Under the pieces are notes generated by a model that saw nothing but the letters and a program-made list of their open reading frames with translations, did not search any database and was not told the DNA's origin. From NCBI GenBank assembly GCA_951406725.2, contig OX597831.1:62000001-62064000 (forward strand): DNA of 64,000 bases, read 5' to 3'. Shown in pieces: positions 26,723-39,354 of the stretch (positions are counted from its first letter, which is position 1; the number at the start of each line of letters is the position of its first letter). The translations under genes and the position numbers were made by a program. The DNA comes from Octopus vulgaris. Taxonomy: Eukaryota.

Positions 26723-27819
26723 GCTATTTATATATACAAGACTTCTTGTTGGTATTTATATACTATTGTTTCTGCTCTGGTTCCCAATTTCAAGTTTTCT
26801 CTTCTACATCGAAGATAATTACAAAAAATTATAAAAATAAGGCAACTTATGATTTACCTTCATGAAATTATAAGTTTAGAAGCAATATATCTTTAGATCA
26901 TGATATGACAGCTGTTGCATTGCCTTGACATTCTTAATTGACCCCATTCAACAATATATGTTTAGCGATTACTTTCTTTCCATAAAATAATTATTTTCTA
27001 TCTTATTAATTAAAGTTATAGAGCTTATTTAACTTACCATCATGCAAGTTCATTATTAAAACATTAATGAACTAATCATCCTTGCGATGAAAAATAATGT
27101 ATGTTCCAGCGAAAAAAAATTAATATAAAAGGAGATTTCCAGTAAGGAAAATTAATGATAAAAAGTAAAATGATATTAATCTATTTTATAATTTTTTCCA
27201 GTATTTTTCTGCACTACTTTTCAATACGTTTTCATAAGTAAATTCATGGCTATGGTATTTATAGTTATAACAAGATTCTTTGAGAACATTCATCAGCTTT
27301 GAAACGATTGCTTCACTGTAAGATATGTATTGAGATAAAACTGTATTGATAGTATGTGTGCGGTGTGTGTGAGGATGGATTGCGGTAGATCTTTGGGGTA
27401 AAGGCAACGAGGCATGTTTGCACGATCATAGAAAATAAAATAGAGTATTCCATAATAGAGATATAAAATTTGTTAGAATTTCACACGTTCGTTGTTTAGC
27501 ACTTTTTAAAAAAGATTTCGTAATTTCTTTGTGCTATTTTCTATAATTATTAGCTAATAAGGATTCATTTTCTTTGTGAACATATTCTTATAAATCCATA
27601 GCATGCCGTTTCCTGCTTCATAATGCACAGTTTTTTTGTGCATTATGAAACAGGAAACGGCATGGTATGGATTTATAAAGTGGGAAATGCAGAATTACAA
27701 GTTGTAAAGTTTTATATTATTTATAGTAATTTTTATAAATGGTTACTTGAATAAATTGTATTATAAATTCGTCTTTGCAAGATTCCTCATGTGAAATCGT
27801 GTGTTGAAACATATATTGC

Positions 27820-28647
27820 TGTATTTCGGGATGGTCATTTTCTTTCTTTTCTTTTTTTGTTGTTAAATAAATACATGCTCTATATATTCTTTTCTTCACT
27901 CATTCATTACTGCAATTTAATTATTTTAACGCCTATCCATTGTAAGAAAATCTTTCGTTGCCACATCTGTAATGCCTTCAGCAACACTTTTCGTTTTCAT
28001 GTGTGTTCTTGATCCACTTACTCCATTCTCTACTTCTAAGATGTGTATCCTTATGTGCACAAGCGTTTGTGTCCTTATTCACGAATGTATGTGTGTGTTT
28101 GTCATAGTTTCTGGCAGCAGTGCGGCTTTCCTCTTAGCCCCAAATCTCTCACCCCATTATGCTGCTACTGTCCTACGACCCGAGAAAAAGAGAAAAGATA
28201 CAGTTCCTGTATTCCTCTGTGTATGACAAAGAGACATACACAGTGGAATCCGGGAACTGTACCCTTTTGTTTTCTCGGATCTTAAGACAGCACAATGGGA
28301 TGAGAGGTTGGAGCTGAGGGGAAGGCTACACTACTGCTAAAATCTAAGACACACACACATACACAAAAAACGCACACACACAAGTAGACAAGGCTACAAA
28401 CGCATGCATACATAAGGATGCACATCTCAGAAGAACAGAATCGAGTGAGTGGATCAAGAACAAACACAAAGAAGAAAAGTGTCGTTGAAGAAGTTACAGA
28501 TGTGTGACGAAATACTTACGGACAATGGACAGGGGTTCAAATAATAAAATAACATAAATGAGCGCGTGAAGAAAAGGAAAATATATATATACAATGCGTG
28601 TGTTTATTTGGTAGAAAAAATAAATAAAATGAGCATCCCGAAATACA
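27820..28647. mobile_element. About 830-bp fold-back element made of inverted pLTR-like arms
   Basis: Arms mirror about the loop at 28226-28234. Ends TGTATTTCGGGATG / CATCCCGAAATACA. Related to 55010-55297. Confidence 0.75.
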
Positions 28648-28989
28648 ATATTTTATAATAAATGTACAGCAGTAGATCATTTCTTTACAATCACGGTTTC
28701 GTTTACGTTTCTAATTCCCGACACGCCGAGATCTGGCATTAACCAATATATGTTGAATGAACTTTGGTAGATGGGAGCTGTGTACAGAATCATTATACAT
28801 GCCCTCGTGCACTCCCTCCCACACAAGTATGTGGGGCTGCAGGCGAGCGTAGGTGTGATTATCAGCATGCATTTATATGTGCATGTGCACATGAGAGTCT
28901 GTATGTAATACTGTACTCGTAAAATGATCCGGGTTTGCATTACAATGATCTACTTATACTGAGGGAGGAGTTAACTGTAGTTTCTAAAT

Positions 28990-29460
28990 GAAGCAGTCGT
29001 TTAATAAGTAGTAGTGTACGAGATAGGGAAACACTCTCGCACTCATTCGGAATTGTCGGGACTGACAGTTTTTACAGAACAACTGTTGTCATCGATGGGA
29101 AGAGAACAGCTATCAGCCAAGTCCATCATCGAGATTGTGCCGTCTCCCTCCCTTAGCGGGGAGAGGAAGGAATGTGTTTTCTACGTGGCGGCCATATTGA
29201 AAGAAACAGTATGGAAGACGCGGTTGAAAGGGATTGTAACGAGTACCTTCGTATCTGGCCAGGGGTTGGTCAACTTCTTTGGTTACCACCACAGCAGTAA
29301 GATCAGGTTGGAGAAGAGGTACCTGTCACGTGAAAAGTTCAGAAAAAGATGGAAGCTTGTGGTGAGAAAGCTGGGAGTAACTGGCACTAAGTGAGCGGAT
29401 CCACAGAAAGAAAACAAAAGGTCCTACACTGGTGTAGGATGCCTTTTCCTCGTGTTAAAC
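28990..29460 (+). pseudogene. 5'-truncated 3' end of a Tx1/L1-type LINE ORF2
   Basis: ORF 29014-29394: EQLLSSMGREQLSAKSII...AAILKETVWKTRLKG...FVSGQGLVNFF...KIRLEK...KFRKRW, typical of the Tx1/L1 ORF2 C-terminus after the zinc knuckle (ETLSHS remnant upstream in another frame). Confidence 0.75.
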
Positions 29461-29725
29461 ATTGCTTTCAGCAATGCATTCATTTAAAATCTTATCTGTA
29501 TGAAAATCATTGTCAATTTTTAATCGTTTAAAGCTACTTCACCCTTTTATGTTTGTCCGTCCTTGTCCGTCCCCTCTTTGTATTGCCTTATGGCAAATAT
29601 TATGAAATGAAATAAAGTAATAGTGTATGATTCTGTTAGACAGGTCTGGTTACTGGTTTTAGCTTATAATTTGACGAATAGAAGATATTATAGTGACGAC
29701 TGTATTACTAATGAATAGTGGGCAA

Positions 29726-30244
29726 AACTATAGTTATATTCTGTTGTGTCTGGAGAGGGTAATTTTCTTTTTGTGCCTTATTATTTAACACACACACACC
29801 GGTAAAATTTCCACGGACACGTAAGCACAGAAATATGCAGGATACGTACATACAAATGCACACACATACATACATATATACATATGCATACACACACATA
29901 TTTACATACATACACATGCAAACACACACACACATACATACGTACATGCATGCATGTAGAGGCACACACACACACACTGACCCACACACATGCGCACAGA
30001 CAAACAAAAGGGAACGCAGTGTAAATAACGGACCGAGTCAAAACTATTGAAAAGGTTGCAACACGCAACGAAAATTTTAAGAAAATAAAAATAAGACATA
30101 AGTGGAAATGTTACCGGTGAGTGTGTTATATTATAAGGCACAAAAAGAAAATGACTCTCCCCAGACACAACAGAATATGCTTCAACACACGAACTCATAT
30201 AAAGAATCTTGGAAACCAAATTCAAAAACGAACTATAGTTATAT
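29726..30244. mobile_element. pLTR-like element with terminal inversion and 14-bp flanking duplication
   Basis: Inverted repeat 29737-29813 / 30103-30177. AACTATAGTTATAT occurs at 29726 and 30231. Confidence 0.7.
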
Positions 30245-31362
30245 ATATTTTTCATGCTGTTAGGAATAACAGTGAAATAGAACCTCACAAATAAAAATGA
30301 ATAAATTTATGTAATCGCGGAATGAGTTAATGATCAACGTTTCCCAAAAAGGTGGTTCTATTGGTTAAAGCAGTATTACATTCTTGTTTATTTTTAAGGC
30401 ATATAACAGATAATTGCCTAAGAGAGAGACATATGATTCTTACACATCGCTCTTTACTCAGTGAATTTGTGCCTTTCAGAAAGAACATGTTTTGCAACAG
30501 CTTCTTGTAACTCTTATGAATGCTGAATTCTTATGAATTCTATTCCCATAGAGAATGCTCTCTATTAGCTAATGAGAAAGTTTTAGTTCTTGGCATTATT
30601 TCAAAATTTTACTGCAAATTGTGCATATAATTTTAATTCTGCTATAATTTCCAACAAATTGAAGTGATTCTTCTACTTATTATGACCAGATTTCCATCTT
30701 GCAATCATCTCGCACTCGCTATAATACCAAACACACGTGATTTTGCCGTTTCCATCATGTGATATCAACTGTCTCTGAGAATTGAACAATACACATTATC
30801 CGAGGATATTCAGTCTTATTTACAAGCCATGTATCTAGCTGACCATGTGGTAGCATCGAATCTGAAATAACAGCTCTTTAAATTTATTGTACTAATTTAA
30901 GTGAAAAATTTAATACTCATTATAAACTCAGCAAAATGTATTCAGTTTCTTTTCTTCATTTTGTACATGCATGCACTCAACCAGACAAGTATGTATCCTT
31001 GTGTATATATGCTTCTGTGTTTAATGTTTGCACCGGTCTGTTATCTATTTGCGTTTATTTCGCACTCCATCCGTTATTTTTATCATTTATTTATTGGAGA
31101 ACTCTGATCAAGCACACCCATTGTCGGCCGTGGCCATATCGTCATTTTCTCTATGGAAATGTCTAAATTGCACGCACTCAATACGCTGTGAAGTTATTAA
31201 TGGGAGATTTGTCTGCTACTGCTAGCGCATTCAACGACAACGAAGAAGCCGTTTTATTGTTCTGTGTCTTATGATAAGAAAATAAATACCAGCCTGAAAT
31301 AAATAAAAAAATATCAGAGCACGACAACTGCCGAATGACTCAAACCAGAAAAGGATTACGTG

Positions 31363-31492
31363 CATATGGCGTAGTGGTTAAGAGTGCGGGCTACTAAACC
31401 CCAAGATTCCGAGTTCGATTCCAAGCAGTGACCTGAACAACATCACCAACAAGAGCAACAACAACAACATCAACAACAACAACAAAAATAAC

Positions 31493-31549
<57 letters not shown>

Positions 31550-31735
31550 TATAATAACAACAATAATAACATCGAAAAATATACCTTCAGAATGAGAACT
31601 CAGGTTTGAAATTTCCCCCAAGACACCTGAAGAAGGCTGGAGGGTATATCAACCGCCGAAACGTTGTGTTAACAACAAACAAGATGAGGACAAATATCCG
31701 TTGAATGTAAATAGTGTAAATAATGTAAATAATGC
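31363..31735 (+). mobile_element. tRNA-headed SINE with internal (AAC)/(AAT) microsatellite and hammerhead-like 3' part
   Basis: TGGCGTAGTGGTTAAG (A box), GAGTTCGATTCC (B box). 31622-31670 reads GACAC-CTGAAGA-AGGC...GCC-GAAACGTT-GTGTT. Tail is (TGTAAATAA)n. Confidence 0.75.
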
Positions 31736-33345
31736 ATGATTAAAAGCTATTGTGTATTTTTGCCTCCCGTTTGTAAACTGAGACACACACACACACATAC
31801 ACACACACACATACAGTCACACTCTCATGCGCATATGCTTTTGCAAGTATTGATGTATATATGAAGGAAAACATTTATTTCATCATCAGTGACAATTCCC
31901 ATTATATCCACATTCTACACATACATCCAACTATATATGTCTTACCTTACGATGCTGATGTCTTTCTGTCCAAGGTTTGGTCTGAACAAGCATGCATAAA
32001 AAAAATGACATTCACACTCATGACTCACAAGTCTGTAAATCTGTATCATTTTTATTTTCTCAAAGATGTCCTCTCGTAGGTTCTCTCTACCTGGTAACTG
32101 TACCTGAAAGAAACTGTTCAAATGTGTATGTTATATTAAAATCATACCAGTTTAAATATCACATTTTCCTATCACAAATGACAGGCTATCATAACACTGA
32201 GTTCAGTGGAGTGAACTACTTGCAGTGGAACTATATCCCGTCCAAAGACAAGGGTTGTCTCTTATCTGCTTAAACAATTGTGTACTATTTCTATCGGTAG
32301 AGTAGTGAGATATTTAAATTCGCATGATAATAATATGATTTAAGCTAAACTTATTGCTTTTTCTTCCAGCAAGAGCAACTGGGTAGGGTGGGTTCCTCTT
32401 AAACCTGTGTTAAATTTCCTTGTTCTTACTATTATTGCTGTTGATTTTGTTGTTCCACTGATCATCCCTAATTGAGCTAAGCCACTATCAAATGTAACCA
32501 AGCCTTGAAAGTCCTGCTTCTTTTGAGTAATCTAGAATCTTATCTAAAACACCCTATTCTTTTTAAGTAGGTTCCGTTTAATTCGGGAGAAATATGTTGC
32601 AAAGTCAATGACATCTTGCACCCACTTGAAAGTTCTATATTTGCTAAATGAATTTATGCTACACAAAGGCAAATGATGTTGTTTATCTTCCACAATGGAA
32701 AGCTATATTGTCGCAATGAATACATATAATTAATCCCTACGGCCACTGTATGTATCTTATACTTCTCCTAGTTGTATGCATTATGACCATTGACAAATAT
32801 TCAAGTCAACATAACACAGAATGTCTTAATAGAAATTTCAGTACAAATATTATTTCACGTGAATTCTTTTTCATCTCCAATAGCGTGTCTTAAGTATGAT
32901 TCACAACGGCTTCTTTAAGAAGTATGCTGTGTTAGAAATGGATATTTCACCAACGCTGTAGTTTAACTGACATCAAAATATCTATCGACATATTCCTCAA
33001 CAAAGTAAGCCATATTCTGAACATGATTAATCTGTCTAGTATCACTTATGCGTCTAGTCGTACATTTTCTAGATTACTGACATAACTATTAATATGAGAA
33101 AATGAATACGTCTGAAGTAAAGTTAAAAATAACACAATAAATTATTTTAATTCTATCTTGACACCTCCGATAATTTTATAGAAGTGAAGTTTATTTTTGA
33201 CGAGCTTGGAATTATTTAAACTACTGATTTAGACAAGTAGATAAATTTGGTTGACAAAAGTATGTAGTTGATTACAAACTATCTTTCTTCCAAATTACAC
33301 TCACATTGCCACTTTAAGTACATCTTTCTAACTTCCTGTTGCTGT

Positions 33346-33727
33346 TGTTGTTGTTGTTGTTGAGCGAACGGTCTTCGTCCCAGAGCTCACAAGATGGGAG
33401 AAGTCCGAAACGTGGTCCTTTGCTATTCTTAAGACCCGCAGAAGAGAAAGCAGGTCAACCCCCAACACTGAGAGCATCGACGAATGGATGAATGCGCATC
33501 CAGGCTCAGCGGTTGCGTAGGAAGTCGGGGACAAGAAACAGGAAGAAACAGTGAGAGAAAGTTGAGGCGAAAGAGTACAACAGGGGTCGCCACCAACCCC
33601 TGCCGGAGCCTTGTCGAGCTTTAGGCGTTTTCGCTCAATAAACGCACACGACGCCCGGTCTGAGAATCGAAACCGCGATCCACCGACCGTGAGTCCGCTG
33701 CCCTAACCACTGGGCCATTGCGCCTCC
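33346..33727 (-). mobile_element. tRNA-derived SINE (GGAGGCGCAATGGCCCAGTGG family) with (ACA)n tail and 12-bp TSD
   Basis: A box TGGCCCAGTGG, B box GGTTTCGATTC. TSD TCCTGT(T/C)GCTGT at 33334 and 33728. Confidence 0.85.
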
Positions 33728-34530
33728 TCCTGTCGCTGTCCCTTAATTCTCACCACAAAGAACATAATGATTTTGAGATTGGAATAAATAAGAAGCATAA
33801 TCGTAGATTTTAATATTTCCCGTAATTCGATGATTGGTGGTTCCGTTTGTTCAATTAAGCTGGTATTGTGTTGCCATTTTTAATTGTTGCTAGCGCAGTT
33901 GTTGAAGCATAACTGAAGTTCAGCTCTACTCCCGCAGATGGGTTTATAGATGCTTTCAAGCCAAAATCATGTCATCTTACTTTTAGACATTCTCGCGAAA
34001 GCTATGCTATGAAATATATCCTTCCTCTTTGAAGATCGTAGCTGGTTTGATTTGTGTGATTTATCAGAAAATTTTTACATTAATTCTACGGTAATATACA
34101 CAGGGTTCATAGCAAAACATAACTGTGTGTTTTAAAACAAAGTTGGGTTTTCAGGCAAAACAAACATGGGGAATGACCTTGTATGAAAACCCTTCAGGAT
34201 AAAATTGATGGCATTAACGTACCGCATAAAATGCTGCTCATCAAATATTGCAAGAAAAAATCTTGCAGAGTGGGAATTTCAAAGAGCAGATGTTTTGGTG
34301 ATAAATAAATGAAAATACTTAACTGATAGTTCTGGTACTGGGCTCAACATAAACATTGAGAGAAAAAGATACGAATGTAGAATAGTGTCTTTCAGTAATT
34401 GGTATTAAAGCAGGTGTATCAGTGATGTGTAGACTCCACTGTATAAGGGACAGAGAAAGCTGACTGAGAAGGCACTATATGTGTGTTTTAGGTAAGATAT
34501 CTAGTCGTTTTCGTTCACAAATTGTGAACT

Positions 34531-34599
<69 letters not shown>

Positions 34600-34698
34600 A
34601 TATATATTGTTATATTTCGGAATGGTCATATTGCCAGTTTAGCCAATAATCTTGCACAACAAATATTTAAACGTATATATATATATATACATATATAT

Positions 34699-34772
<74 letters not shown>

Positions 34773-34776
<4 letters not shown>

Positions 34777-34962
34777 AGAGTTTACGAAGAAAACAAGCGA
34801 TGAAGACAGGGGGTGTACAAAACAAACGGATGTATTAGTATAACGCTCAGGAATAGAAAAAGTATTTTACGTTTCGAGCCTACGCTCTTCTAGAGAAAGG
34901 GACACAGAAAACACAAGGAGAGAAACAATGAGAGAAAAAATGTGTGTAGTGACTAACGATCT
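34773..34962 (-). mobile_element. Short Penelope-pLTR-like element abutting (TA)n
   Basis: Reverse complement of 23613-23790 (GGGAGAGTTTACG...ACGTTTCGAGCCTACGCTCTTCT). Confidence 0.75.
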
Positions 34963-35342
34963 ATAATGGCGACTAATGCCGGACATATATTTATATACAT
35001 ATATATGTGTATACACACACACAAAACACACACATACATATATATACATTTATATAAGAATTGATGGACCGGAGTAGGTAAAATCGAGGCCACGTATATT
35101 TCCCAGCTAGCATTTTTTCAGAAGTAATAATTACTCAAAGAGGGTATTCAACTAGGTACTCACCAGGCGGAAGATGTCTTAGTTAAATGAAGATCACATT
35201 GTCGTTAAGGAACCCCGAAGCTTACTTATATACTACTCTTAGATCCTTGGATCTTACAATTACATATCATTGAATACATACATACATGCACATACATACA
35301 TAAATATATCCATATGTCCATATACCCAACCATCCCCCACAC

Positions 35343-35374
<32 letters not shown>

Positions 35375-35894
35375 TTATGTATACATGGACATATATGTAT
35401 GTGTATGTATGTGTGCATGTGTGTGCTTGTATACGTGTGTGTTTTTTGTGTGTATGTGTATGTACGTATATGTGCTTTTATGTGCATTTTATATATTGCA
35501 GAAAGTTTCAGTAATAGTCAATAACCTATGACAGTTATGTCAAGTCATCTAGACGTTTGACGCCATTTCGATCTGTTTTGATTAATTGTCTTAAGCTCTA
35601 ATAAATAAATACATTTAAATAAAACGGTTTCCTTAGAGAGACGGCGTTGACCATCTCAAACGCCCATAAGAAGTAAATGGATGAAAATTTACTCCACGGA
35701 AGATATTGACACGGCGTATGTGCGTAAATAGAAAGTCGCTTTGAGAGAACGTCCATCATCCCAAATTATAATTGTGATCGAAGTTTGCGTGCATAAATAA
35801 GAAACGAAGTGAAAGTAGTTCAAATGAAACACGAATTTAAGATGATAGAGAGTAACAGTTCACTAGGAAAATAAACTTCTCATTTAGGGCAAAC

Positions 35895-36121
35895 ATATTT
35901 TAATTATTCTGTTGTGTCTGGGGAGAGTCATTTTCTTTTTGTGTCTTATTATTTAACACACTCACCGGTAAAATTTCCACTTTTTTCTTATTTTTATTTT
36001 CCTAAAATTTTCGTTGCACAAAAAGAAAATGACTCTCCCCAGACACAGCAGAATATGCTTCAACACACGAACTCATATAAAGAATCTTGCAAACCAAATC
36101 CAAAAACCAAATATTTTAATT
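35895..36121. mobile_element. Shorter member of the 29726-30244 family with inversion and 11-bp flanking duplication
   Basis: TATTCTGTTGTGTCTGGGGAGAGTCATTTTCTTTTTGTG is mirrored at 36017-36055. ATATTTTAATT occurs at both ends. Confidence 0.7.
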
Positions 36122-36772
36122 TTATTCATTTTAAACGAAGTTAATGACATTTAAAGTCATATCAAAATCATTAACATGCTGACGATTTGGCTATATACTA
36201 TATGCACGTTTATTTACGCATATGTATGCTGCAGTATATATGAATGTATGCATTTATGTATGTATTTGTGTGTGTGTGTGAAAAATACTGAATAAGGTTG
36301 AAAACACCTTAAATTTTTTTTATAAATATACATCTTTTGTTTAATTAACACAAGTTTAATTTTTAATACGAGAAAATAGTTTTATGCTATGTAATTATAA
36401 ATATGAAAATAAAAAAATATGAAAATATGTTTTCACATAATAAATGTTTCCATAGTATAGCTTATCTGCAAGTGTATTGGTGTATGTATTCATACTCTAA
36501 GTTTAACATATATAACACAAGTAGAAAAAGAAAGAAGAAAAGGTCATATCTAATTTACAAGGAACCGGTTTACGCTAATATTCAGCGTAGTAAAGTCTTG
36601 TGTAATTTTTCCATAAGTGAAAACCATCTATGGATTAAATGAATAAGTAAGCACGTCGCTTATGACATTTCCAAACACATACGCACACACATATACACAT
36701 ATAAAACACTATATACATACATACACCCATCTACAAAAGCGCTAAATGTTCACACTATATATATATATATAG

Positions 36773-36995
36773 AAGGCGGTGAGCTGGCAGAAACGTTCGC
36801 GCGCCGGGCGAAATTCTTAGCGGTATTTCGTCTGTCGTTACGTTCTATGTTCAAATTTCGCTGAGGTCGACTTTACCTTTCATCCTTTCGGGGTCGATAA
36901 ATAAAGTATCAGTTTCGCACTGGGGTCGATGTAATCCCGTTGTCTGTCCTTGTTTGTCCCCTCTATGTTTAGCCCCTTGTGGGCAGTAAAGAAAT
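36773..36995 (+). mobile_element. GGCAGAA-family SINE inserted in (TA)n
   Basis: Full-length match to 25938-26170, with TA repeats on both sides. Confidence 0.9.
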
Positions 36996-37928
36996 ATATA
37001 TATATAGATATCACTACTTACGGCGTAGAGAATATAACTCTACATTGTCACCCGACCTGTTAGATTTATTAACCAATTTTCCATCAAATTAAACGTTGCC
37101 GTCTTAAGAAGGACACACTATATATAGTATAGAGTTATGGGCAAGGTTTTTCTAAAACCTAGGCAGAGGATTCCCTGAAAACTAGACACAGTCATGCCTA
37201 AGATGTAATGCAGCATGCATCTGCATGGTCTGCAAGTATTTGATTTTAAATCTAGAAAAAGAAAAATAATTTTCTCCTATCTGCGAGTATGATATATGCT
37301 TCAGCATTCACATTCAAATGTTATTACACTTATTATGACTCCGTAATTACGTATGTGTTGTACATAGTGCACTGTAAGCAACTTCCACCATTGACACAAC
37401 ATAAATCTTAGTCAATTAAATTTGAATGGCAAGCATTAAAAATGATTTTCACTGATTGAATTCTGAAATAGGGTTTAGAAAGATATTAATCTGTCTGACT
37501 CTCTTCCCATCATATCATATCATTTAATATCTTTTCATTTTATATTTTTTGCATTTGCTTTTCTTGTCAAGCATTGCTATTATCACAAACGGATGTTGTA
37601 ATCATTAAGAGTGTAATCTAAATTAATTCGAAATTATCTTGGACTCACCAGATTAAATATGTTACTCTACAATTAATTAGCTACTTTTATTTTTCATCAG
37701 CATACTTCATTAAAACGTCCAGTCGAAACTGAAAACTATGTCGGAGCATTGATTACCTAAATACTCAATCTTTAGTAAACGTTTGTTATTGCAATGAATC
37801 CATGTTATTCGAAATGGCGCACACATCAGAGTATAACCGTAATTCTATGAACAGCTCTATGGCGCATGGCTTACTCTGTTTCCGCCCGCGTCATATACTT
37901 TCATATTCAGATAGGCAAGTAAATGAGG

Positions 37929-38380
37929 GGATCTTTTCGGTTTGAACGGCAGTTTTTTTCTAGCGGGGTCATATGAAATTGTCACCCATAATTATGACCC
38001 TGGTATCGATCTATTGTATTTCAATCTCTTTTAGGGTTGGGGTTAGAGTTAGGGCTAGTTAGGGTTAGTTAAGGTTAGGGGTGGGGGATGGGTATCTTTT
38101 TTTCTTCAGAAATGTAAATAAACCCAATCTGTTTCTTAAACGAGGGAATTTTCATACGGCACAGAATGTTTTCACCTCAATAGACGTCATTGATTGGTTG
38201 AAATTGCAGAAATTGAAGAAAAAAAAAGCCAACAAATATCTTACAAACTATAGAATTTTCTCAATAAAGCCAAGAGAAAAAGATGTTTTATAAACACATT
38301 CTAACAGTATACGAAGTTTCAAAGTGTTTAGTTACGTGGAAATTATTTTTAAAAAACTGCCGTTCAAACCGAAAAGATCC
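37929..38380. mobile_element. MITE with perfect 30-bp TIRs and 8-bp TSD (Merlin-like)
   Basis: GGATCTTTTCGGTTTGAACGGCAGTTTTTT / AAAAAACTGCCGTTCAAACCGAAAAGATCC. TSD AAATGAGG / GAATGAGG. The superfamily is inferred from GG termini plus the 8-bp TSD. Confidence 0.8.
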
Positions 38381-38956
38381 GAATGAGGTACACCTAGACG
38401 GGCAATAGCCCAGCTTGAAATAGCAGCCAGTATTCTATTACATCAGATCATAACGTTTTACAAAAATCACATTGTAGCAGGTCGTCCTAGATGAACTAAT
38501 TCCAAGAATAAGTGATGATCTTAGAATATCTTTGAACATTTGCCTGTCTGATTACATCAGACATACAACTTAGCACCCCCAACAAAAGCATATAAATATA
38601 TGTACAAGTATGCGCTTCTTAGTGTTTGTATGACGAAATGCGTCACGGTGAGTTAAGTATTTTAAATCTGGGAGTAGCACCAGTAATCTTTAAATTAGTT
38701 GGAGATAAAATACATATAAGGCCATTGTTATTGTTTATCTCTGCGTTTATTCATGTTGAGTGTATGAACGAACAGCAGCTACTAATACTGCCAATAGCCA
38801 TTCTTCTTAAGCTTGTTTCCACAAGAAACTATGACAAAAGTGTGACAGCTTAAATGCAATATATCCAATAGAGATGAGGTAAAAATTATAAAAACAAAAA
38901 TAATACTATTGTTGTTGTTGTTGTTGTTATAAATGATTTGGTTGAATTGCTTTTTA

Positions 38957-39354
38957 ATGAAGAGAAGAGAGAGAGGATGAAGAGAAAGAAGAGAAGGAAA
39001 ATAGAGAAGGAGATAGAGAAGAAGAAGAACATAGAGAAGAGAAAGAATAGGAAGAAGATAGAGAAGGACATAGGGAAGAGAAAGAAGAAGAGAAAGAAAG
39101 AAGAAGATAGAGAAAAAAGATAGAGAAGAAAAAGAAGAAGAAGAGAAAGAAGAGAAAGAAGTGGAAAGAGAAGAAGAAAAGAAGAAGAGAAAGAAGTGGA
39201 TAGAGAATAAGAAGAAGAGAAAGAAGAAGAAAAAGAAGAAGAAGAAGAAGAAGAAGAAGAAGAAGAAGAAGAAAAAGTAGAAAAAGAAGCGGAAGAAGAA
39301 GAAGAAAAGAAGAAGAAGAAGAAGAAGAAGAAGAAGAAGAAGAAGAAGAAGAAA
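38957..39354. repeat. Polypurine (GAA/GAGA)-rich tract
   Basis: About 400 bp almost purely A/G on the plus strand. Confidence 0.95.

Noticed and set aside
31363-31432. tRNA gene
   Set aside because: A and B boxes are present but the acceptor stem does not close, and the sequence runs into a repeat body. It is a SINE head (same for 33655-33727 and 53002-53074).
33920-34375. Exon-like blocks with protein-like stretches
   Set aside because: Stops in all frames and partial resemblance to old repeats. Unsupported.
38938-39123. Lys/Glu/Arg-rich ORF
   Set aside because: Translation of a GAA polypurine tract.
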